A stretch of 32,000 bases of DNA from Alkanindiges illinoisensis DSM 15370 (GTDB lineage: Bacteria; Pseudomonadota; Gammaproteobacteria; Pseudomonadales; Moraxellaceae). The translations under genes were made by a program, and so were the position numbers. The stretch spans positions 430,064-462,063 of the forward strand of contig NZ_JHUX01000003.1 in NCBI RefSeq assembly GCF_000619845.1, in the 5' to 3' direction. Positions 16,016 through 24,883 of the stretch are shown piece after piece. The number at the start of each line of letters is the position of its first letter. Within the stretch, counting starts at the first letter, position 1. The notes under the pieces are model-generated. The model was not told the origin of the DNA. It saw only the letters and a list, made by a program, of their open reading frames with translations, and did not search any database.

Positions 16016-19000
16016 ATGTCAGTTCCATTGCCAGACAGCGCAATTACCCAGCCGGAGGATGGTTCTGCCCCCCAGCGCATTATTAAGATCCGGCGTGACT
16101 ACAACACCTGGGTAGCTGATGAAACGCTGGAAGACTACGCCTTGCGCTACACACCTAAAACCATGCGCAAGTGGTCGGAGTTCCGGGTAGCCAATACCGC
16201 CTTTGGTGCGGTGTCGTTTCTGGCCATGGAAGCCATTGGTGCTTCAATCGCGCTTAATTACGGCTTTATTAATGCTTTTGTGGCGATTTGCGTGGTGTGC
16301 CTGCTGATTTTTTTAACCAGCCTGCCTATCAGCTACTATGCAGCGCGCTATGGCGTAGACATGGACCTGCTCACGCGAGGTGCAGGTTTTGGTTATATTG
16401 GTTCAACCCTAACGTCTTTAATTTATTCCAGTTTTACTTTTATTTTCTTTGCCATAGAAGCCGCTATTATGGCGCTGGCACTGGAGCTGTTTACCGGTCT
16501 GCCGTTATATTTGGGTTATCTGGTCAGTTCGCTAGTGATCATTCCCGTGGTGCTGCGCGGCATTACGCTCATCAATAAATTACAGGCATGGACACAGCCC
16601 GTCTGGCTGATGTTGCTGATCCTGCCGTATGCCGCTTTGCTGTATCAGCAACCCACCATTCTGCATGACACGCTGAATTTTTCCGGCAAGTTCGGGCAGG
16701 CCCCAGAATTTAATGTGCTACTTTTTGGTGCAGCCTGTACGGTTATTTTTGCGTTAGTGGCCCAGGTTGGGGAGCAGGTCGATTATTTGCGCTTTTTACC
16801 AGCCAAAACGCCCCAGAACCGGACGCGCTGGTATGGCGCATTACTGACTGCCGGACCAGGCTGGATTTTGTTTGGCATGTTCAAGATTTTTGGCGGGGTA
16901 TTGCTGGCAGTGCTGGCCTTGCAGCATTTTGTGCCGCTGGACAAAGCCTCTGACCCCACGCAGTTATATTTAATTGCCTATCAGTATGTGTTTGCCCAGC
17001 CAGAAGTGGCGCTGGCCTTTACCGCACTGTTTGTGGTGATTTCCCAGATCAAGATTAATGTGACCAATGCCTATGCGGGTTCGCTGGCGTGGTCGAATTT
17101 TTTTGCACGCCTGACCCATAGCCATCCCGGGCGGGTGGTGTGGCTGGTGTTTAATGTGCTAATTGCCGTACTGCTGATGGAACTGGGCGTGTTTCATGCG
17201 CTAGAGCAGGTACTGGGCCTATATGCCAATGTTGCCATTGCGTGGATTGCCGCACTGGTGGCCGATCTGGTGATTAACAAGCCGCTGGGCTTAAGTCCCA
17301 AGGGCATTGAGTTTCGCCGTGCCTATTTATATGACATTAATCCGGTAGGCGTGGGCGCTATGCTGATTGCCTCGGTGCTGTCCATTACCGCCTATTCCGG
17401 GGTGTTTGGTGAGCTGCCCAAGGCACTGGCCTCGTTTATTGCCCTGACCACCTCATTTATTTGTGTGCCCTTAATTGCATGGCTGACCAAAAGCAAATAC
17501 TACATTGCCCGTCCACCGACGATTTTTTATCAGGAGTTGCAAGGCTGCTGTATTTGTGAAAAAAAATATGAAAAAGAAGACATGGCCTATTGCCCGGCCT
17601 ATCAGGATGCCATTTGTTCGCTGTGCTGCTCGCTGGATGCACGCTGCCATGACTTGTGCAAGCCAGAAGCCCGGTTGTCGTCACAACTACTGGCCATTGC
17701 CCAGAAAATCCTGCCTACCAGTTGGTCAACCCGCATCAATACCCGCCTAAGCTACTATTTGCTGTTGGTGCTGATTTTGACCGTACTGCTGGGTGCCAGC
17801 CTTGGCCTGATTTATTTTCAGGAAATCTTGGTATTGCAGGATTTTAACAGTGACAGTACTACCTCGCTGGCCCTGATTTTTATCAAGATTTTTGCCATTT
17901 TATTTTTGCTGATTTGCGTGGCGTCATGGTGGCTGGTGCTGACCTATGAAAGCCGCCGCGTGGCACAGGAAGAATCCAACCGGCAAACCACGCTGCTGGT
18001 TCAGGAAATTAATGCGCACCGCATTACCGACCAGCAATTACAGCAGGCGCAACAGGTGGCGGAGCGCGCCAATCAGGCCAAAAGTCGTTATGTCACTGGC
18101 ATTAGCCATGAACTGCGCACCCCGTTGAATAGCATTCTGGGCTACAGTCAATTGATTGCCAAGGATAACGGCCTGTCGCTGCAAAGCAAAACCCACCTCA
18201 ATATCATTCATCGTAGCGGCGCGCACCTGATTTCCCTGATTGATGGCCTGCTGGATCTGGCGCGTATTGAAACCGGCAAGCTCACACTGGTGCCTACCGA
18301 AATTAATCTGCCGGAATTTTTAAATTATTTGGCGGATATGTTCAGGCCACAGGCCACCGATAAGGGCATTACCTTTATTTGTGATTTTTCCGAGCACCTG
18401 CCGCAATATATTCGCAGCGATAAAAAACGGCTTGATCAGATTCTCATTAACATCATTGGCAATGCGGTCAAGTTTACCCAGCGTGGCAAAGTCACCTTTA
18501 AGGTCAGCTACCGTTACCAGACTGCCACCTTTGAAATTGATGACAGCGGTTGTGGCATTACCCCAGAGGACTTGCCCAATATCTTTAATCCATTTGAGCG
18601 TGGCGGCAATACACCAGCGCATGCCATTGCTGGGACAGGGCTAGGGCTGACCATTGCCAAATTGTTGACCGATTTGCTGGGTGGGGAAATTAATGTACGC
18701 AGTCAGGTCAGCGTGGGCAGTACTTTCCAGATTCGGCTATACCTGCCAGAGGTGCAAAGCCCCAAGCCCATTAGTTTAAATATCATTCACCAGATTACTG
18801 GCTATGAAGGCCCGCGCCAGAAAATCCTGCTGGTAGATAATGAAGAACTCGATCGCCAATTACTCTGGCAATTTTTGCAGCCCCTTGGCTTTGAGTTGGC
18901 CGAAGCTGATTCAGGGCTGGCTTGCCTGCGACTGGTGCCGGAATTCCAGCCGGACCTGATCCTGATGGATTTAACCATGCCGCACTTAAATGGCTGGGAG

Positions 19001-19483
19001 ACTGCCAGCATTCTGCGCAACAATCATTTAACCTTAGCCCCTATCCTGATTGTATCGGCCAATGCCGAAGAGCAGGGCAAAAGCAACGATGCCCAGATTG
19101 AGCGTGATGATTTTATTGTTAAACCAGTAGACCTGTTGCGTTTGCTGGAGCGTATTGGCCAGCGGCTTCACCTGAACTGGATCAAGCTGCAACAACAATC
19201 CACGTCTACGAATGTCCAGCCAGCAGCGTTAGCCGTGGTAGGACTCAACGAAGCGGTGTGTACCGGCGCCCATACCATTAAAAATCCACTAAGCCAGACC
19301 GACCGACAGGCTTTACAACAACTGGTCAATATGGGCTACGTGCGCGGCATTAACAGCAAACTTGATGACATTGCCCGGCAGCAACCTGAGCATACAATAG
19401 CCATTCAACACTTAAAAACCCTGGCCAATCAGTTTGACTTCAAAGCATTACAGACGCAATTACAACAGGAGCAATGGCCATGA
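16016..19483 (+). CDS. Hybrid sensor histidine kinase: NCS1-permease-like multi-TM domain, Cys-rich linker, 2 TM, HisKA-HATPase, receiver, Hpt-like C-terminus
   Basis: The first roughly 510 aa hold about 12 hydrophobic helices with purine/cytosine-permease-like motifs (RKWSEFRVANTAFGAVSFL, LTRGAGFGYIGS). These are followed by CCICEKKYEKEDMAYCPAYQDAICSLCCSLDARCHDLC and two more TM helices. Then come the H-box GISHELRTPLN, N/G boxes (IIGNAVKFT, DSGCGI, GTGLGLTI), a REC domain (ILLVDN..., LILMDLTMPHLNG) and a C-terminal IQHLKTLANQF resembling the Hpt HxxKG region. The track start is GTG 16007; ATG 16016 is used here. Confidence 0.9.
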   Translation: MSVPLPDSAITQPEDGSAPQRIIKIRRDYNTWVADETLEDYALRYTPKTMRKWSEFRVANTAFGAVSFLAMEAIGASIALNYGFINAFVAICVVCLLIFLTSLPISYYAARYGVDMDLLTRGAGFGYIGSTLTSLIYSSFTFIFFAIEAAIMALALELFTGLPLYLGYLVSSLVIIPVVLRGITLINKLQAWTQPVWLMLLILPYAALLYQQPTILHDTLNFSGKFGQAPEFNVLLFGAACTVIFALVAQVGEQVDYLRFLPAKTPQNRTRWYGALLTAGPGWILFGMFKIFGGVLLAVLALQHFVPLDKASDPTQLYLIAYQYVFAQPEVALAFTALFVVISQIKINVTNAYAGSLAWSNFFARLTHSHPGRVVWLVFNVLIAVLLMELGVFHALEQVLGLYANVAIAWIAALVADLVINKPLGLSPKGIEFRRAYLYDINPVGVGAMLIASVLSITAYSGVFGELPKALASFIALTTSFICVPLIAWLTKSKYYIARPPTIFYQELQGCCICEKKYEKEDMAYCPAYQDAICSLCCSLDARCHDLCKPEARLSSQLLAIAQKILPTSWSTRINTRLSYYLLLVLILTVLLGASLGLIYFQEILVLQDFNSDSTTSLALIFIKIFAILFLLICVASWWLVLTYESRRVAQEESNRQTTLLVQEINAHRITDQQLQQAQQVAERANQAKSRYVTGISHELRTPLNSILGYSQLIAKDNGLSLQSKTHLNIIHRSGAHLISLIDGLLDLARIETGKLTLVPTEINLPEFLNYLADMFRPQATDKGITFICDFSEHLPQYIRSDKKRLDQILINIIGNAVKFTQRGKVTFKVSYRYQTATFEIDDSGCGITPEDLPNIFNPFERGGNTPAHAIAGTGLGLTIAKLLTDLLGGEINVRSQVSVGSTFQIRLYLPEVQSPKPISLNIIHQITGYEGPRQKILLVDNEELDRQLLWQFLQPLGFELAEADSGLACLRLVPEFQPDLILMDLTMPHLNGWETASILRNNHLTLAPILIVSANAEEQGKSNDAQIERDDFIVKPVDLLRLLERIGQRLHLNWIKLQQQSTSTNVQPAALAVVGLNEAVCTGAHTIKNPLSQTDRQALQQLVNMGYVRGINSKLDDIARQQPEHTIAIQHLKTLANQFDFKALQTQLQQEQWP

Positions 19484-20403
19484 GCAGCGCTTTGCATGAC
19501 CCATTAGCACAGGCAGGACAGGTAGTATTGATTGTGGATGACATACCGGACAATCTGGCGCTGCTGCACACTACACTGGATCAGGCTGGCTACACCGTGC
19601 TGGTGGCCACCGATGGCTATAGCGCCATAGAACGCGCCAGCAATTTTATGCCGGATGCCATTTTGCTGGATGCCATGATGCCCGGAATCAATGGCTTTGA
19701 CACCTGCAAGCTGCTAAAGGAAAATCCGCTAACCCAGCATATCCCCGTTATTTTTATGACTGGCCTGACCGAAAGCGAGCATGTGGTGCAGGGTTTTCAA
19801 AGTGGTGGGGTAGACTATGTGACCAAACCGCTGCAACATGATGTAGTTCTGGCACGGCTTAAAACCCATATTAACAATTCACGGCAGGTACACCAGCGTG
19901 AACAAATGATCAATGCTGCTGGTATTGCCATGCTGGCCTTCAATTCAAGTGGCCAGCTCATTTGGCAAACCCCGCTGGCCCTACAATTGCTTCAGGACAA
20001 TATTGAACAAATTGACAGCTTTTATTTAAAAATCAAGGAATGGTTCCAACACGCTGAAGCGCAATCCAGCCTGGTCATTTCTGGTATAAAGCAAAACCTG
20101 AGCCTGACCCGGCTTGTCGATACGAAGCAGACCGCGAATGGGCAAAGCAACCATCTAATCATGATCCAGACGCAGGACACCATTCCTGCACCTGAGATAC
20201 TCATGCAATGCTGTGGCATCACCCCACGTGAGGCTGAAGTACTGCACTGGGTGGCACTTGGCAAGACCAACCGAGATATTGGTGAAATTCTGGAACTTAG
20301 CCCGCGTACCGTGAATAAACATCTGGAGCATATTTTTAGCAAGCTGAATGTAGAAACCCGTACTGGTGCCGTGTCAGCAGCACTGGGCCGTGTTAAAAAA
20401 TAA
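19474..20403 (+). CDS. Response regulator: REC, central PAS-like region, LuxR/FixJ-type HTH
   Basis: REC domain (VLIVDDIPDN, AILLDAMMPGINGFD, TGL...K) and a C-terminal GerE/LuxR HTH (LTPREAEVLHWVALGKTNRDIGEILELSPRTVNKHLEHIFSKLNV). The ATG overlaps the kinase 3-prime end by 10 nt, indicating translational coupling. Confidence 0.9.
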   Translation: MAMSSALHDPLAQAGQVVLIVDDIPDNLALLHTTLDQAGYTVLVATDGYSAIERASNFMPDAILLDAMMPGINGFDTCKLLKENPLTQHIPVIFMTGLTESEHVVQGFQSGGVDYVTKPLQHDVVLARLKTHINNSRQVHQREQMINAAGIAMLAFNSSGQLIWQTPLALQLLQDNIEQIDSFYLKIKEWFQHAEAQSSLVISGIKQNLSLTRLVDTKQTANGQSNHLIMIQTQDTIPAPEILMQCCGITPREAEVLHWVALGKTNRDIGEILELSPRTVNKHLEHIFSKLNVETRTGAVSAALGRVKK

Positions 20404-20712
20404 CAATTCTGGCAGGTTAATCAAATCTTATAAAAAACCTAGCCGGCTGAAAGCCTGGTCAACTGGTAGGGAGATACTCGCAAATCATGCAGCGGTACTT
20501 GCGCCTTAATTTACTGCGCATCAAGAGGTGGTTATGGCTGAGGTGGAAGTAAACTGTAGTATTATGAGGTAGGGGTATATATTTATTTTATAGTCTGGCT
20601 AAGCATCGCTATACTTGGTTCTGTGCTTATTATTCTATCTCATGCCCAAGTTTAGGCTAGTTTTATTCAAATTAATAAGCCGTATTTTATCTGAACACTA
20701 CTTCTGATTAAT

Positions 20713-21114
20713 TTATTCCAGTACCTGTTGATAAGGCTTAAAGCCATCCATGATAGCATTAGCGATGAGATAAAGATGAGCTGCCTGTTGATGATACCAC
20801 TCGATAAACTGGTTCATTTTGTCAGCAATGATTGAATGATCCGGTGGAGTATAGGAAGCACCCGTAATAAGTACATTATTTTGCCAATAGCGACCAGCGT
20901 TCTCATAATCAATGTTTTTCAGGATGAGCTGATGAATATTACGAATTTGCCACTCTGAAAAAGGTTCATATTTTTTGATAATGTCTTCAACAAAAAAAAT
21001 GTCATTGCGATGGTTAATGGCTTCAAAGTGCTCACGGATTGCTTTACCACCCACCGTAATGCCCTCAAGAACAACTTTGGTTTCAAGTAAAGTCAGTGTA
21101 TAGGAATTTTCCAA
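20713..21114 (-). pseudogene. Fic-domain gene remnant, truncated at both ends with the catalytic motif lost
   Basis: The sequence TLTLLETKVVLEGITVGGKAIREHFEAINHRNDIFFVEDIIKKYEPFSEWQIRNIHQLILKNIDYENAGRYW matches the conserved pre-motif region of Fic proteins (IEGNTLTL.ET..VLE.GITIGGK.L.EH.EAINH). The ORF begins at a TTG with no N-terminal domain. It ends at ...NAIMDGFKPYQQVLE, where HPFxDGNGR would be expected. AT-rich non-coding DNA flanks it on both sides. Confidence 0.6.
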
Positions 21115-21353
21115 ATATTCATTTTTTATTGCAATAAGCTATTTTTAAAATTCATCTTTTAAACAGCAAGCGGTATCAGTTAATTTTAAAATTATATTTC
21201 ATACATTGAATTTTAATTAATTAAATGTAATATTTGGCTGATGCTGTTGTTGAGAGCTGCTGTTGAGATTTGCTCCAACTCTAATATTGCTGCGATTCCC
21301 GTATTCTGAATTCCTGTTAATAGCCAAACCCTTTTTAAGCCACGTGGAAAGTT

Positions 21354-22217
21354 ATGACCACTCAAAAACTCAATGCCCGTCATTTAATTACTGACTTGTT
21401 GCTGGCCTCTGAAGGGCAGGCGATTTCAATTAAGCAAATGATTTTAGCGGCCAAACTATTTGGGTTAAGTGAGAATGGCATCCGGGTGGCAGTGACCCGG
21501 TTATCCAGCGAGGGCGTGATTGTTGCTGCCGAACGGGGCGTGTACCAACTGAGTGAGCAAGCGCATGAGTGGGCCAGTGTGATGCTAAACCGCAGAACAG
21601 GGCTTAAGGAAACCAAGGTTTGGAAACAACAATATCTGGCGGTATTGACAGGAACTTTGGGCAGAGTGGATCGTACTGCGTTAAAACGCCGGGAGCGGGC
21701 GCTCAAGCATTATGGCTTTCGTGAGTTGGAACAAGGGGTATTTATTCGTCCTGATAATCTGGCGGCTTCTTTTGAGGATATTCTTAAGAATCTAAAAACC
21801 GCTGGTCTGGAGCCAGAAGCCAAGATGTGCCAGATCAGTTGTTTTGATCAGGCCACAACAGGAATGATCAAAAAGTTATGGTTAACTGAAACCTTGAATA
21901 AAAATTATGAAAAGTACAGTCATATCATCCAGCACTGGTTAAGCCGAGTACCGGCCTTGGGTCTTGAAGATGCAGCCAGAGAATCATTATTACTGGGTCG
22001 TCAGACTATCTCCTTATTAATGAATGACCCTTTATTGCCTGAACCTTTTATCAATATTGAAGCAAGAAACCAGTTTGCGGCTGATGTGCAGCAACTGGAT
22101 CAGGTTGGTCAACAGCTTTGGCAACAGTTGCATGAGTTAACTTTGGGCACAACAACACCCGCCCTGTTAACTGCGGAAGACGCTGGCCACAAACAGAAGC
22201 AGCTTAAGTTCTGCTAA
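21354..22217 (+). CDS. PaaX-family-like transcriptional regulator
   Basis: 287 aa. The N-terminal winged-helix region (ARHLITDLLLA...ISIKQMILAAKLFGLSENGIRVAVTRLSSEGVIVAAERGVYQLS) and the middle region (W..LAV...L....R..LR..L...GF.EL..GVFIRP) resemble PaaX_N/PaaX_C. Confidence 0.6.
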   Translation: MTTQKLNARHLITDLLLASEGQAISIKQMILAAKLFGLSENGIRVAVTRLSSEGVIVAAERGVYQLSEQAHEWASVMLNRRTGLKETKVWKQQYLAVLTGTLGRVDRTALKRRERALKHYGFRELEQGVFIRPDNLAASFEDILKNLKTAGLEPEAKMCQISCFDQATTGMIKKLWLTETLNKNYEKYSHIIQHWLSRVPALGLEDAARESLLLGRQTISLLMNDPLLPEPFINIEARNQFAADVQQLDQVGQQLWQQLHELTLGTTTPALLTAEDAGHKQKQLKFC

Positions 22218-22248
22218 TTAAATAATGAATTTGTGCGCTGGAGCCAAT

Positions 22249-23127
22249 ATGCCTTTATATCAGTCTGCCTTGGCAGCCAATATCTTTAATCAGCAGGTTG
22301 TTATTGTTACTGGTGGTGGTTCAGGCATTGGTCGTTGCACCGCGCATGAACTGGCGTCCCTGGGTGCGCAGGTGATTCTTACCGGAAGAAAAGAAGAGAA
22401 GCTTCAGCGTGTGCAGCAGGAAATCATTGAGGATGGCGGCAAGGCCAGCTATCGCGTTTGTGATAATCGTGATGAAGTGGTCGTAAAGCAAACGGTGGCT
22501 TCGATTGTTGCCGAGTTTGGCAGGATTGATGGTCTGGTTAACAATGCAGGCGGTCAGTTTCCTGCATTTTTAGAAACCATGTCGGCCAATGCGTTTGACA
22601 GTGTGGTGCGCAATAACCTGTTGGGAACATTTTTGATGATGCGGGAAGTGTTTAACCAGAGCATGTCAAAAACAGGGGGCAGTATTGTCAATATGACCAT
22701 CGACATGTGGGATGGACTGCCGGGCATGGGTCATTCAGGTGCAGCACGGGCAGGGATTGATAATTTAACCAAAACGTCTGCACTGGAATGGGCCAGAGCC
22801 GGTGTCCGGGTTAATGCAGTTGCGCCGGGCTGGGTTATGGCATCGGGACTGGATTCCTATAAGGATGGCATGAAAGCCATGATTCCCACGGTTGCCGCCA
22901 AAATTCCATTAAAGCGTATGGCAACAGAATCTGAAGTGTCTGCACTGATGTGTTTTTTATTATCGCCTGCGACTGCGTTTATGACCGGGGTGAATGTCAG
23001 GATTGATGGCGGGGCATCGCTGGTTTCGCCGTATTTTCCGCTCCCAGACCATAATAATTCCAGGCCTTTTGAAGCATTTCATCGTGATGGCATACCGAAT
23101 GTGATTAAGGAAATGCAAAAAGCTTAG
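22249..23127 (+). CDS. SDR-family oxidoreductase, 2,4-dienoyl-CoA / trans-2-enoyl-CoA reductase-like
   Basis: Rossmann motif VTGGGSGIGR and NNAGG are present. The active-site region HSGAARAGIDNLTKTSALEW resembles the DECR/PECR-type (S..AAKAG) subgroup. Start set at ATG 22249 (GGAG SD) rather than the track's 22225. Confidence 0.8.
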   Translation: MPLYQSALAANIFNQQVVIVTGGGSGIGRCTAHELASLGAQVILTGRKEEKLQRVQQEIIEDGGKASYRVCDNRDEVVVKQTVASIVAEFGRIDGLVNNAGGQFPAFLETMSANAFDSVVRNNLLGTFLMMREVFNQSMSKTGGSIVNMTIDMWDGLPGMGHSGAARAGIDNLTKTSALEWARAGVRVNAVAPGWVMASGLDSYKDGMKAMIPTVAAKIPLKRMATESEVSALMCFLLSPATAFMTGVNVRIDGGASLVSPYFPLPDHNNSRPFEAFHRDGIPNVIKEMQKA

Positions 23128-23206
23128 CATTATTATTTTTAAATCATCTATAAGCAGTTACCTTAACACAGCGCTTGTCATTATCTTTTATACCTAGCGA
23201 ACACTC

Positions 23207-23231
23207 AGGCATCTCTCAGGATGCCTTTTTT
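23207..23231 (+). terminator. Rho-independent terminator after the SDR gene
   Basis: AGGCATC (23207-23213) pairs with GATGCCT (23220-23226) across a 6-nt loop, followed by TTTTTTATTTT. Confidence 0.7.
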
Positions 23232-23361
23232 ATTTTATGGTGATTTTAATTATAATTACATATTTTGAATTTAAATAAAATTATTGAAATATTTCTTTTT
23301 TGGTAATATTATTGAAAATATGAAATTAAAACCATTGGCGTCAAACGTGGAAGGATTAGGC

Positions 23362-24381
23362 ATGAATACTCGTGTAAGCGTTGCTGAGCTGTTTAGCCGG
23401 GATGAAATCAGGGAACTGACTGAACCATCGGACAGTCAGGGTGGCTGGGCAGTGGCTTCAACCTGGGCAGTGATTGGAGCTACCTTTGCCGGGGTTGCTG
23501 TGTCATGGAAGTATTTGCCGGGTTGGGGCAAGCTGCTGGTTTGTGCTGCTGCATTGGCTATTCTGGCTGGACGGCAGTTGGCGCTGGCAATCCTGATGCA
23601 TGATGCCTCGCACAGTAGCCTGTTTAAAAACAAGTGGCTCAATGACCATATTGTAGACTGGGCATGTGCCAAGCCAATCTGGAATGACCTGCATAAATAC
23701 CGTGCGCACCATATGCGCCATCATGCCAAAACCTCTACGGTTGATGACCCTGATATGTCATTGGTGACCGGCTATCCCACCACTAAAAAATCACTGGCCC
23801 GCAAGTTTCTGCGTGATATTAGCGGGGTTACAGGACTGAAATTCAGTCTGGGCCGTGTCCTGATGGATGCCGAGGTTTTAAAGTGGACAGTTGCCAATGA
23901 CAAAACCTGGTTGCCACGCGAAGGCCGTCAGTGGTATGACTATCCACGTGTCCTCCTGAAAAATAGCCGTGGCGCGATCATTACCAATGCCGCGCTATTT
24001 GGCGCTTTGTGGGCAGCAGGCCATCCCAAATTATATTTATTGTGGCCGCTGGCGTATCTCACGCCGTTTCCCTTATTTATCCGCATCCGTTCCATGGCCG
24101 AGCATGCGGGAATGGAAACCAGTAACTCGGCACTCACCAATACCCGCACTACCAAGGCTGGCTGGTTTGCACGGGCTTTTGTAGCGCCAATCCGGGTGAA
24201 CTATCACATGGAACATCACCTGATGGCCTCCGTGCCTTATTTTAAGCTACCAAAGATGCATCAGTTATTGCGTGAGCGCGGTTATGCGCCTGAACCGCCA
24301 ACCTATCGGCAAGTGATGAATTTGCTGTCGAAAAAGTCTGGTAAGGTTGATAGTACTCAAACTGCCATCCAAAAAAGCTAG
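23362..24381 (+). CDS. Membrane fatty-acid-desaturase-family protein (di-iron, three His boxes)
   Basis: His boxes HDASH, HKYRAHHMRHH and HMEHH, with hydrophobic helices between them. Start set at ATG 23362 (GGAAGGA SD); the track ORF begins at TTG 23284. Confidence 0.82.
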   Translation: MNTRVSVAELFSRDEIRELTEPSDSQGGWAVASTWAVIGATFAGVAVSWKYLPGWGKLLVCAAALAILAGRQLALAILMHDASHSSLFKNKWLNDHIVDWACAKPIWNDLHKYRAHHMRHHAKTSTVDDPDMSLVTGYPTTKKSLARKFLRDISGVTGLKFSLGRVLMDAEVLKWTVANDKTWLPREGRQWYDYPRVLLKNSRGAIITNAALFGALWAAGHPKLYLLWPLAYLTPFPLFIRIRSMAEHAGMETSNSALTNTRTTKAGWFARAFVAPIRVNYHMEHHLMASVPYFKLPKMHQLLRERGYAPEPPTYRQVMNLLSKKSGKVDSTQTAIQKS

Positions 24382-24469
24382 TAAGTCAACAGAATAAAGC
24401 TTAGCTAGCATTCATTTGACAGAAAGAAGCAGGTTTAACAGTCTTAATAACATATTAGGGAAGTTTACA

Positions 24470-24883
24470 ATGGGTGCATCCAAAGCGGAAATCACAGCAT
24501 TTTTAGCCCGTGAGTTTCAGCAGGCGCAAGCAAAATGCGAGATTGATGAGGTTTCGGATCGACGTGCAACGATTATTTACCGGACGGATCACAATGATTT
24601 ACGCCCCGGTGGAACGGTGTCTGGCCCAACCTTGATGCTGGTTGCCGATTTTGCCCTTTATGTGGCGATTCTGGGAACGGTTGGCTTAATTCCCCTGGCA
24701 GTAACCACCAGCATGACGCTTAATTTTTTGCGTAAACCTGCCGGTGATCAGGAGATTATTGGCGATTGCCGACTCATGAAAGTGGGCAAAACCCTGGTAG
24801 TGGGTGAAGTTTGGTTGTATTCAAAAGGTATGGATGAACCCGTTGCGCATGCGGTGGGAACTTATGCCATTCCAGCCCAATAG
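24470..24883 (+). CDS. PaaI-type hotdog-fold thioesterase
   Basis: About 137 aa. RPGGTVSGPTLMLVADFALYVAIL and the C-terminal GKTLVVGEVWLY...AHAVGTYAI pattern are typical of PaaI/YdiI-like thioesterases. ATG 24470 is preferred to the track's TTG 24416. Confidence 0.75.
   Translation: MGASKAEITAFLAREFQQAQAKCEIDEVSDRRATIIYRTDHNDLRPGGTVSGPTLMLVADFALYVAILGTVGLIPLAVTTSMTLNFLRKPAGDQEIIGDCRLMKVGKTLVVGEVWLYSKGMDEPVAHAVGTYAIPAQ

Noticed and set aside
15801-16043. 80-aa minus-strand ORF spanning the urtA/kinase intergenic region.
   Set aside because: It has a TTG start and overlaps the kinase start codon. Its sequence is low-complexity and Phe-rich (FFSFQFSFFTSWLFF), derived from an A/T-rich promoter region. 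It also covers the palindromic operator candidate, so it is most likely non-coding.
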